DNA of 64,000 bases, taken from contig CM119264.1 in assembly GCA_051294375.1 (NCBI GenBank), positions 13,040,813 to 13,104,812 of the forward strand, in the 5' to 3' direction. The notes below the pieces were generated by a model, which saw only the letters and a program-made list of their open reading frames with translations, was not told the origin of the DNA and ran no database searches. Source of the stretch: Paraspadella gotoi. Taxonomy: Eukaryota; Animalia; Chaetognatha. The position numbers and the translations under genes are program-made. Shown piece by piece: positions 43,464 through 56,225 of the stretch (its first letter is position 1; each line of letters starts with the position of its first letter).

Positions 43464-44049
43464 CTGGAACGGGGTTTGGGAGGAAACGATTTGGGGTCAA
43501 AAATGAAAAGGGAATCCAAAAAATATTCTTTTACAGCTCGTTTCGTGAATTAAAGGAATTTTTTTCCACGGGTTTTAATGGATAAATTTAAATTGATTCG
43601 CTTTGTCAATGCGGATAGGGTGTGAAAAACGAGCCCCCGTTCTTAGAATTTGTAAATCAATGTTGAAATCGAAAATCAATTGAGCCCCCGAAGTCAAAAA
43701 TTGATTTTTAAACAATATTATTAATCAGAGGTTTAAATCGATAATAAAAATCTTAAAAGCATAAGGATCCAAGCCATGATGATAGTCATTCATTGATGCG
43801 ATGATAGTCATTCATTGACGCGATGAATCATTCATCGTAAATAAAACAAACAAATGCGTGTATGAGTGAAAGAGAGAGAGAGAGAATTTTTGAATTTGAA
43901 TTTATTCAATGGGCTTTAGGCACAAAATAAAACAATAGGCCATAAAAAGCTACTTTATTACATTTAAGTCTACGAAGTTTTCCCGCCAACGAAACGCATT
44001 ATTAGGTCTCTCTCGTTTATATAAAGAATAATCAGAATTTTTAGGGAAA

Positions 44050-44143
44050 AAATCCACGAAAATTCTCGGATGTAAATTTGGGATTTTGTATTGAGAAAAA
44101 AGCGCGGAATAAATGGCGATAATAAAAGTTTTTAGAAGGAAAA

Positions 44144-44182
<39 letters not shown>

Positions 44183-45235
44183 AGCTGGACAGCCGCTGGA
44201 CCGCCCGCTGGACCGCCGCTGCAGAGCTGAACTCATTTTCCGACGAATATGAGTAGGGACAAACTCTTTTCCTTTCTATAAAAAAATATTACAAAATAAA
44301 TATTTGGGTATAGAGCCATATAAGAAATTTTTTGTACATTGAAAGTAAACTTAAAAATGCATAAATTTTCGTTTGAGCATGTTCCCATACTAAATTTTTG
44401 ATTCACCCCATTGAGAGGGGCTACCCCTATTCAGAAGAAAAAAAACTAAACTCTTTTCAATAATAATGATCCAAAAATTATAATCCCTATTAACAAAATA
44501 TATAGTTGAAAATACTCAGTTAACGACTATGATATTTTTGACTTCCAAATATTTTTTTACTTATCAAAAAAAATTTTATTCCTCATTTTAAAAAATTTTA
44601 ATCTTGAATGAAATTTTTGATTGTTCTTTTTTAGGAAGAAACCAGACCGAGGTCAAATTTTATATTTGCATATTTAATTAATTTATAAATAGTTATCACA
44701 CATCAAATCAAAATTATTATTTAAAAAAAGATAAAAATGATTAAATATTAACACTAAAATATTTATAAATTTAATAATAGTATAAATTATCAGAATAACA
44801 AAAAAAGTAATGTTAATTTTGTCTATATCTCTCTTATCAACTCCTATTTTAGATATAATTTGCCAATAGTGGGCCAACCGGTTCAAAGTTACAATAATAA
44901 ATAAATACAAATTTATTTTTTTTTAAATGTAATGCATATTGTTCGGCGAAAGTGCTGCATATATAATAAGTCACATTAGCTGATTTATATGTGACAATGC
45001 ATGTCAATATAAGTTATTCTTCACTTTTTTAAAAATGTATCCACAAAAATCTCGGATGTAAATTTGGGATTTTGTATTGAGAAAAAGCCCCGAATAAAAG
45101 TTTTTAGAAAGAAAACAATCATAATTTTTCAAAAAAAAAACGATCACGCAAGAGAGCGTAAAGAAAGAAAGAGAAAGAGAGACAAAGCTGGACAGCTGCT
45201 TGAAGGCCGCTGTACAGTCAGTGCAGAAACTGAAA
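44050..45235. repeat. Diverged ~190-bp direct duplication (copies ~44050-44230 and ~45038-45235)
   Basis: Shared TCTCGGATGTAAATTTGGGATTTTGTATTGAGAAAAA and AAGCTGGACAGC...GCAGA..TGAA blocks. Confidence 0.75.
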
Positions 45236-45931
45236 TAAAGAATAAAAGAAATAAAAGAAATGCAAAAAATGTTACAATGGTTTACAATTTGAAATTTTTC
45301 CAATTTTTCCAATCGCAGTCTTGTAAAAGATTTTATTTTTATTTGTATTAAAATTAAGATATAGCTTCTCATTAAAAAGTTATTTTGAGTTCCCATTTTT
45401 ATTAGAGATTTAAAAAAATTTTTTTGAATTTCATCTTCAATATTATATACTGCAATATGTAAATTAGATTAAAGCATTTCTATATACTAATTTTGGATAT
45501 GATAATGAGTACTATAATCTAATTTGCATATTGCAGTAATCATAATGAAGTGGAATTCAAACAAAAAATACTTAAATCCAAATGTAATAAGAAAAAATAT
45601 CAAAGCTATTTCAAGATGAGAAGCCATATCTAAATTTTTAACTTACTATGAATGCACACTTTGTAAAACTTTATCATAATTCATAATAATTTTTATTTTA
45701 AAAAAAACGGTAAGTCACAGCCAAACGACGACGACGACGACGACGAACGACGTCACAAAGAAGCTCACCCGAATGAATATCAAGCCTGAACCGGCTTCGC
45801 CGGTCATGGCTTGATAAAAAGTTGAGTCTGCTCTCTCTCGTTGACCAACGACTTAGTTGGTTTTAAGTTTCTTTAGAGCTTACCGGTTTTTTGTCTTTTG
45901 ATCCTTCACCGACTGAGGAACTTTCTTGATG

Positions 45932-46892
45932 CTACATCGAATCCAAATCCGAGTCTTTTTTCTTCAACCGCAAAACCTGTAAACCGATGATACAATATTA
46001 TTACTGCACTAATGAAAACTTGTGAAGTAAAGATTTCTCGTGATTAAAATAGTTGAAATGATTACAATAAAAAATACAATTTCAAATTTAGTCACTGACC
46101 AAACAACAAGAGAAGATCATTCCGAATATTTGAAGACAACAGATGCCGAGTCCGACGGCTCCGAGAATTATCAGATGTTCGCGCAGGTGCTTTTCCAGTC
46201 GGGGGATGCAGCCCTAGTTAGGTGGAGTTTATGAATTAATTTAAAATCAACAACGAGAGCAACTAGGCCAACTCACCGCATAATTAACATTGCTGGGGTG
46301 ATCCCTCACCCCGCAACCGGGTCTGTAAGATTTGCAACAGGAATCAGGCGTCAAATTTGGTTTTGATCCGTTGAAGTCGGAATTTCTGAGCCAATGGGAA
46401 TGGCGCCAGTCGGCGAAGGAGAAAGCGCCGCAACATCGGAACTCTCTGGTGGGGTCGATGTGGGGCGACGGTGGAAGGGTTGGTCGAAAGAGAGAGCGAG
46501 GAGTTGGCGGAGTGGCGGAGAGAAAGAATATGGAATTGTAACGGTGTGGGATGTTGAGAGATGATTGGAAAGGAACTCAATTATAGGACGCTTATATTAA
46601 AACAGTGGAAAAAGGGGCTGGTTATGTGAAAATGCAAAAAAAAAAAAAAAAAAAAAAAAATGCAGCCTACCCTTCCCGAATCTTTTTATCTCTTACCTCT
46701 GGAGTCTATCAATGGCGATTGTTTTCTCCTCGTCGAACTTATAATTGCGCAATATCGTCGCGTTAAACTCATTGTGCAATTCTTTCTGCAGTTGATCTTT
46801 GCCGTAAAGGGTCGCCAACACTCCGCCAATGGCCTTGTGGGGGAGTGAGAGATTGAGAGAGTGAAAGAGTGAAAGAGAGAGAAAGGGGTGGA

Positions 46893-46930
<38 letters not shown>

Positions 46931-47601
46931 CATCAAAGAAAAAGAAAAGGCAGAAAAGCGCCTGAGCCCAATAAAACTTTAGATCCGAGTTTCTTACGCC
47001 ATTACGGTTGGCAGGAGCTCCCATTTGCGTCTCTAATTTCGTTTATTTAGTCTTTTTTAAATTTACATCCCTTTCTTTTATTGTCAAATACGAACTGAGG
47101 GGCTTTCTTTAATTCCTTTAACTAATCAACGAGGAGCATAAAGCACAAAGTTCGTTTCAACTGTATAATACCGTAACAGTGTTTCTAATTTTTCATTCTC
47201 TTATAAATCTTCATTGATTAAGTTATAATTAAAACGAAACCAAGTAACCATTAAGCCAACCGATCCCAAATAATTTCTCTCTCCGATTTCGGTCAACCGG
47301 ACATCCTAACCCTTACTTACCTGCAGGAGAAAAATGACCCAGAGGCACATCGAGTAAGTAACCAGACAACCGCGTTTTTCTTGCCAGGCGCCGCAGCAGC
47401 CAATAAATCCCACCTGCGGTAAAAAAGTTTTCATCGCTGAACCGAATTCGGAATTAACGACAAGTAAACGAAAAAAAGAAGAAAAACTTGTGATAGAATG
47501 TAATTTATGAATCAGATTCAATTTATTTTTGGTCAAGATGAAGACAAGCCCGAAGAATTATGATCTCACCTCAGACACGATTCAAGTGGTTCTATTAGTT
47601 C

Positions 47602-47660
<59 letters not shown>

Positions 47661-48305
47661 GTCATATAATTAGGAACTCTTTTACCAAAAAAAGGATTTT
47701 GAAAACAAAAAGTGAAAAGATAAAACTAAAACTAAAAGTAAAAGGCTAAGTAGGTAGTATTGCTTTACAATACCGTAACCCGTAAAAAACTCGTCCCTCA
47801 TCCCTGACCCACCAGCATGACGAGGCCTCCCGCGCCGATAAGGATGTAAGTGGCGGCGGGATAAGTGGAAGTGGAGAGCAGCGACGCGTAGTGGTGTTTG
47901 TCTAAAAGAGTCCAGAGGCCGACGCCCAGGACGACGCCTCCAGAGAGCTGATTGAGTGGGTCAGTTGAATGAAGCAAATGAATGATTGAGTGGGTCAGTT
48001 GAATGAAGCAAATGAATGATTGAGTGGGTCAGTTGAATGAAGCAAATGAATGATTGAGATGGTCAGTTGAATGAAGCAAATGAATGAAATGAAAGTGAAT
48101 AATCGATAAAATAAACGAAACGAATCACATCGGTGAAATAGTGGCGACTTACCATGACCCGTATTTTTATTAAATAATAAATATAAAGATATAAATATCG
48201 ACTTACCCAAAAGATGGCGTTGAATATGAAGAGTATGTACTTGAGAAAGGCGACGCCGCAGCATCCGCCGGCGTCCTTCTTGCTTCGATCCGATTCCGAA
48301 TACAT
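45932..48305 (-). CDS. Tetraspanin, CD151/TSPAN11-like
   Basis: [41 protein letters not shown], large loop FRCCG...PDSCC...[12 protein letters not shown]4 [11 protein letters not shown], last exon [17 protein letters not shown] (45932-45934). Confidence 0.93.
47950..48085. repeat. 34-bp tandem repeat, 4 copies (GATTGAGTGGGTCAGTTGAATGAAGCAAATGAAT)
   Basis: Directly visible; abuts the 3' splice site of a tetraspanin intron. Confidence 0.9.
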
Positions 48306-51300
48306 TTTTGAGATTTTATATTTATAGTTTATATCGTTCTTTTTTTTTTTTTAAATAAACTTTCTCATACGAATAAGAATCCTTATCCTCGGTCTCGACA
48401 CATTCTCAAGGCTCAAAGTTTTTATTACGTGAAAACAATTTATTCGAGATTCGCCCGAAGATTTTGGCAACCGAGCAATAACTTTTTTTTCTCAATATAC
48501 GAGAGGGTTTATATTTGTTTTACGACGGTGTTTTTAGATTTTTTTGTTTTATTTTTTATTTTTTAAATAATTAATGACGTAAATAGTCGAGGGATGAATT
48601 TTACATCGAGATTCTGTTTTTATCAGTTCAACTTTTGTTTTGTTTTCGTTTTCTTCCTCCGGAGAAAGTTGAGCCAAGCATTCATGGCAATCACGACGAA
48701 GACGAAGAGTAACGACGAAGATGACGACGAAGAATAAAGACGAACCCGAGGAATATAACGTCGTTATCGTCCTTTTATGCACGACGAGAAACCGTAAAAG
48801 TAAAAGGCTTTGTCGTCGTCGTCGTCGTCGTCTCGTATTTCTTCTTTTCCCCTTTTCTTATTCGGGGAATGATTCGATTATTTGAGGTTGTTAAACCAAA
48901 GAGCATCTGAAAAGAAATATTTAAAAAAAGAGGATAACAATTTAAAATGAACTTTTCTAGTCTTACTATAGAGAAATATAGAAAGGTAATTCTTAATAAT
49001 ATATTTTTAAAACTAAGGCTCTCTTGTGAGTTTGTTTTTGTAGGGGCAGTGAACCTAGAAGTTTGACAGGATGAGCCAAAGGTGAATACCCAGCTGCGAG
49101 GCGGTGAATCTTTTTACATGACCGAATTTTTCCGAGAAGAAAAAAGTGACACTTAATGAGACGAAATGGTTTCGAGTGGTGATAGTTAAGCGATGAGCGT
49201 TATTCTTCCCCGAGACAAAAAAGATCAATCAGGAATTAGGAAAAAAATGGCAAAAAAAAAAGGGGCGTTCGTACGTAGCAGCGGGAAATTTAAAAAAAGA
49301 AAAATTAGATCTTTCTTGGAGGTAAAAAAAAAATTGTGGCTCGAACATGAATATCGCGGAAAAAGTTGAAAAGTTGAGGAAAGAACCGAAGGCAGAATTG
49401 AGAAGGTTAACAATGGATGCTGCGGTTGAACGAGAATGTAAAGAGGAGTAAGTTAGGAAAGTAAGGTCTGGTTGGGCCAGAGATCACGATGTAAACAAAC
49501 CGCAAAAAAAGGGTGAAAAAAATTCGTAGGGGAGACAGATTATGATGTCGAAGTTTATGTAGATATGAAAAAGAAGCAAGATGTAATCTTTGAAATAATG
49601 ATAAGGTAAACGTCACCATAGAAATTTATTCAGAAATAATAAACAAAAAAAATTTTAAAATGTTTTAATTTCTTAGGATGTAAAAATTCTCATTTTACTA
49701 TGATAAAGTAAATATTTCATTATTTATAGTGGATTCATACTAAGAAAACAATTGAGTTTAATAATTAAAAAAATATATCTAAAAAAAAAAATTTAACTAA
49801 TGATTCCTTAGTATTCAGGAAAATTCTAACTTTTTTAGCTTTTCTTTAAAATAAGCTTTTTTTATTACTCAAAATCAAAACTAAAAATGGTTAAAATATA
49901 CATTGACATACATCACTATGTCGCAATTTTTTTTTACAAAGCATTTTAATAAAATTCGTGAAGATGTGAATTTTTTTCACACTCACCCACTGAGTCTGAG
50001 AGATTAGAAAAGAGGAGCGAAAAAAAACCAAATTCCCGTTTAAACACACGTGGGCGGAAAAGAGAAAGATTAAATAAAGGAAGAAATTAAATAGAAACAA
50101 GCAATTATAGAAAAAGGTGGGTTTTAATGAAGATAATTATTAATAAAAGATTCCTTGAGGAATAAACAGAAGAACAAATTAAAGAAAAAAAGGAAGCAGT
50201 GAATATTTACGTCTCAAATTTTAATATTTTAGTATTTTCAATGAGGAGAATAAATAAGTCTTTTGACGGTGTGTTCAAAATCTATCTGCGCTTGTAAGTG
50301 AAAGACTAAACTTTTATGTATATACAAAAATACCAGACAAATCGCATAAATATTTATGATGATGTATTTTAAACTTTTTTTTTAGCATTTGAATTCGTAA
50401 TTGATTTAATTCAACCGAGAAATTTATTTTTCCGTTTTTATTACTTTTGGTCACGAAATCTCGAAAAGATATTTAGTCGAGTTGAATTTCACGAGAAGCT
50501 ATTCGATGCTCCTTAGAATTCACGAAAAACACCCAACGGAAGTTGAGAGAGAGAGAGACAGAGAAAGAGAGAGAGAGAGAGAGAGTGAGAGAGAGAAGAA
50601 ACTAGTTTTTCTTAAATGTTTTAGAAAAAAATTAAACTTTGATCTTCAAGACATGAGCTATTAAGATAAGGTAATATTATTTATTTATACAACTCAACTT
50701 TTTAAATTTGATAAATCGTTATTAAAGACCCCATCGCCCCCCCCCGCCCCCCCTCCCAAAAAAAAGGCAAAAATAATTAAGAAGAAGTAAAAGTTGAGAG
50801 TTCTTCGTCTTCTGAGAAATAAGGAGGAAAAAGAAAACAAAAAATGGAAAACATTGAAAATAAAAATTAATTCGTGGTCGACAAAATTGGTAAAATAAAA
50901 AAGCATTCCTTAAAACAATTACTTTCAAAAAAATGATTAGTGGATAAAATTCGGTCGATTACAAAAAGTCTTTTTCCCAAATTTCTAGTTTTCGAGTTTA
51001 AAAACGTTAAATGTCATTTAACAATTACTAAAAAGGAGTGACGGTTTGAGTGGTTTCTTTTTTAATTTTTTTTTCTCTCTCGAACTCGCTCTTTCGATCT
51101 CTGCCCCTCACTTCTTCGTTCTCTCATCACAATCCTCCCCTCCCTCTCTCCCTCCTTCCCTCTCTCTCACTCTCTCTCTCAAAGTACGCTCGCAAAGAGT
51201 TTACGGCAAAATAAACAAAGTCCGTAATTTTGATTGATTTTCAATCAAAACGGATCCCATTATGAGTCTCCTGTCAAGGACGATTTTCCTACCGATCATT

Positions 51301-53168
51301 CGTCGAAGAAGTGAACATTTTCACTCTCCGAATCACAGTGTTAATCATTGAAAAAACAACGGTTTCAATTTTCACTGTCAATTAATTTTCCCCCCCTTAA
51401 GTACGATCCAAGTTCGGGAAAAGTTGAAAGGGAAAAAAAGGTTCACTCCTTGACTCGCTTCACTTAAGTAGTAAATCCAGACTTTACGAGTATTTTGAGT
51501 TTAAGTCAATTTTTTTTATATTTCCGATGATACACAAAGTTTTATCTTTAAAAGGAATTCATTTGAACTCATTTGTCGGGAGTTGTATTTTCCCTACCGA
51601 CGAAATCCGACCCCCGTGTACGAATTACGAATGAATTTCAGCGTCGAATCTTTTAGTTTTTCATAAAATTTCTTAATCAGTTAATGGGCTCCAGATTTCT
51701 GGTGAGAAAAATTTGGAATTTTTTTTTTCATTTTTTTTCTTTCTTGTTCGAGAATGAGATTGAGATAAAACAGCCAACGTGGATCGAATGCCAGGAAGCG
51801 GGAAAAAGAAAATTGAGGTAAAAACTGTTTTCCGGTTTCGTGCTTCCCCCCTCGCTCCAAATAGTTGATAATTACACGGATTATTCAGTTCAGAAAGCTG
51901 AGATCCTCATGAAAAAATTATAAATAACGAATCAGAATTAAGTTTAAAAAAATATTTAAATATATTCATGAGTTAATTAGTGCTTAATTTTTCGATCAAG
52001 GTTTAATTTTTTTCCTATATTTTATTTTGTGAGAAGATTAAACTCAGCAATACGGAAAAGTATTCTTACAAAATAGATTACCGTACAAATTATCACTTTA
52101 AGTATATTTTTATTTAGTATTCTTTATGCATTAACACCCTCACCTCTTTCTTCCTTATTCGAATTACCTATTTATGACTTCCGCCCGTGAGATCCATGAA
52201 TTTATCAACTATCAAACGAAAAAACCAATTAACCGTCAAAAGAGACGTCCTCCTGACGTCAAGTCCGCGTCAAGATCACGTCACGGATAAATAAAAAGTT
52301 TATGTGAACCATCCGACTGAAATGACGGCCGACAAACTTGTCAAATGCACGGAAAAAAATATCAACTAATTTTATCGAAAGTTTTGGCAATCTTTTTATT
52401 GGGATATTTTTTCTTAAATTGAAGATAATATTACAATAATATTGATATTACCTATTAAGATACTTTGTTATAGTTAAGGTCGCATTTGATGAAATAGTTG
52501 ATAATAGTTTAGAATGAATGTTTTTATTTTTACGATTTTCAAGTAGATTTCAAGACAAAATACTCAAAACAAGTTGTTACTTTTTAAATTTCCAAAAAGC
52601 TGCTTAACATGTTTCATTGATGCCGGTATTGATATAAGCATGAATTGGAATTTTCTTATTTTTGAATATTCAGTTCAAATTATATTGTCAGATTAGTTCA
52701 AAAAGGAAAATTCTTGTTTGTTTAGAAACTCACGCTTGCCGATGCTAGCCTTGTTTAGGTTCACACTCGAAACTATCTCGTTCTTCATCCCAAGCCTTTC
52801 ACGGTTCACGGAAAAAAACATATGTTCTTTGATGCCAGCGACACGCGATGGAACCGCCGTTAAACTTTCCGGGTCTTAAATAGAGATGAAAAGTGGGAAA
52901 AATAAAAAGAACATCGAGTTTGGAATTTGATAGTTTAAAAGCATGAAATCCGAATTTTTAGTTTAGAACTGATAGATTTATCTAATAATCTCTAATAATA
53001 AAAATAATTTTATATCAACCGAAATGGAAATACTAATAACACCAACAAATCGGAAATTAAATTAGGCAGTTGCAGTGCAATTCTTCTAGCAGCGGCCGAG
53101 TTCTTTGCCTTACCTTTTCCTGTCTTCTCTTCCTCACCTCGGAACACTCCATCCTCCTCCTCCCCCGA

Positions 53169-53258
<90 letters not shown>

Positions 53259-53717
53259 TATATCGAGAAAAGATCCTTACCTTCGTGCAGCGGAGTTCTT
53301 TAAACCTTACTGAAAATCAACTGCTGAGGAAACGCGGTTCTTGAAAACTCAGCGGGAGAAAAAATAAACAAGGAGTTGACGTCATCGGAAACGCGATTAA
53401 ATTTCGTCTTTCACGGTCTGTTAATCACGGCCTCTTAAGTCTCACTGAATAAGTGAAAACGAATAAAACTTTACGACGAATCAAAGCGACTGAAATAGAA
53501 TTAACGAGAATTTCTTTAAGTTTGACCCAATTGATTAAAAGTTTTCATGTGGACGCAAAATGACATTCAAATTAATACATTTTGAAAAAAAAATCAATGC
53601 AATTAACTATATTGAAAAAAACATGATTTACCAAGTTCTTCTTAAATCATATGGCCGGCCGGATTAAATAAAACCTGATTGAACTTTTCCCATGAAAAAT
53701 TAAAAAAGAGAAAAAAA

Positions 53718-54526
53718 ATGGCGAATGAAGATCCTGGATTCACGGAATTATGTTTGGAATCACCTCACGAAATTCACGACTCCAATCTGAAAAGAAGGAT
53801 TTCTTCATGTCCCGGTGAAAAAGAAAATCAATTAATCATTCAATCAATCAATCAATCAATTGTTCTATAAAAAAATAAATCAATCAATCCATCAATTTAT
53901 CAATCGATCGATCGTTCAATCAATCGATCAATTAATCAATCGATCGTTCATTCAATCAAACAATCAATAAACTAAAAAAAATCCCTACATATTTTATTTT
54001 TTTAAAAATCCAATTAAAACCAATTTCGTCCTCCAGATTCGCTGACCCCAGATTTGAGCATCGCTCATCCCTTGTCCCTCAACGCCGCTTTACCCTTCGC
54101 CGACAGACGGCCTTTTCCTAAAACGTCCATCTCGGGTCGCGACTCTCTCGACCACCGCCCTCTCGAGCAGAACTCGCTCGCCCCCCTCGGGCACGCCTCC
54201 AGCTTCTCCGGCGTCCGATCCTTGACGCCCTCGCCGCTGCCTTCGGAGCTCGACGAGGACGGGTTCGTCTCCGGACGAGCCTTTCGGGCTTTCGATCCCG
54301 GGAGAGAAGAGGACGACGGGAAGGACGGCGAATGGTTCGATGAGAGGAGGAGCGTGAGGTCGGTTGATTGATTGATTGATTGATTTATTGTATGATTGAT
54401 TGATTGATTATTTATTCAGTAAGTTGATTTATATTTTTAAAGAAAGAATTAAACCATGACTATTTTTAATTCATAACTTTCTCAACTTTCATAACTTTTT
54501 GCATTCTTTACTTCTCTTACTTAAAT

Positions 54527-54593
<67 letters not shown>

Positions 54594-54630
54594 TTTTCTT
54601 TCTTCTTTCTTTCTTTCTTTCTTTCTTTTT

Positions 54631-54712
<82 letters not shown>

Positions 54713-54759
54713 TTTCTTTCTTTCTTTCTTTCTTCTTATTTATTTATTTATTTATTTCT

Positions 54760-54791
<32 letters not shown>

Positions 54792-55495
54792 TTTTCATTC
54801 ATCTATTCATCGTTTTCATCACATCCTCATCCTCCGCCTCCAGTTATCCAGATTCCATCTCCATCGCTTCCTCTTTCGCCATCGGAAGTCGACGTGAGTT
54901 GGCGTCGAGCGTCGAGGAACCTCCAGGAGTCCGACCCAGGTTGCTGCGGTTGCTGCGGTTGCTGCGGTTGCTGTTGAATAGCGTTTCCGAGTTACAGATG
55001 CTCGTCCATATGGCACTGTTTTTATTTGATGCCCTTTGTCAGTTGGTGCAGATATTTTATTATTATTTCAAATTAACTCCGGAGGTAGCTGGTACTGGAG
55101 GTACAGCCGTTGAAAAATAACCGAACAACAGGCAAAATCATGTTGCCGCGGTGAGATTCCTATGCTGCCGATTTTCCATATGATCTCGTGACATAGGCAC
55201 AAGCATCTTGTGGTTTATCACTTGCTCCACTCGTACTCGCGGTGCAACTGAAAATCACAAAATAGTCCTTAGTCTTAGACTATAATTTTTTTTAGATTTG
55301 TCATCGCGACTGGCGACGACGATGACGACGACGACGACGACGGTGCAGTCGCCATGAAAAGGAAAGTCTCGCTTTGGGAAGGAGTCGCCCTTATGGCGGG
55401 TGAGAAATGAGGCGAGGGTGAGGAAGAAGCTTTGGTAAAATCAGGATGGAGCAGCTGCGAACATCCTATAGAATAATTGGGCAATGAAGAGGCTC

Positions 55496-55581
<86 letters not shown>

Positions 55582-55820
55582 TCCAGGCGGCATCGTCGGA
55601 GCGGCATCTTCGTCTCCCCGACCGGCGTCATTCGCCACGCCCACTCGGTGGGCGTCTCCCTCCTCGTCTGGTTCCTCGGAGGTATCATCACGCTCGTCGG
55701 CGCCGCCTGCTACGCCGAACTCAGCGGCGTCGTGCCGAAGAGTGGCGGGGAGTACGCCTACCTCTTGACGGCGTACAAGGGGACAGGGCCGTGGTGGTTC
55801 GGGGAGGTGGGTGAAGAGAG

Positions 55821-55893
<73 letters not shown>

Positions 55894-56178
55894 GGGAGAT
55901 GGTATCTAAACGACGTATGAAACCCACCTCCGCAGCTGCCCGCCTTCATGTACTGCTGGGTCTCACTCACCTTACTCAAGCCGGCGCATTCGCCATCATC
56001 ACCAAAGTCTTCGCCACTTACCTCGTCGCGCCTTTCTTCGGCGGCTGCGAACCGTCTGGCACTGCTGCTGACGCTCGTCGCCGTCACTGCGCAAATCGTC
56101 ATCACGCTTGCAATTGCGTGTCCGTTCGGGGGCGCTGAGAATGCAGGTTAGGGATAAAATATCAATACAATAACAATC

Positions 56179-56225
<47 letters not shown>

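Noticed and set aside
47950-48085. CRISPR-like array
   Set aside because: The 34-bp units are contiguous without unique spacers, in a eukaryotic intron, with no cas genes.
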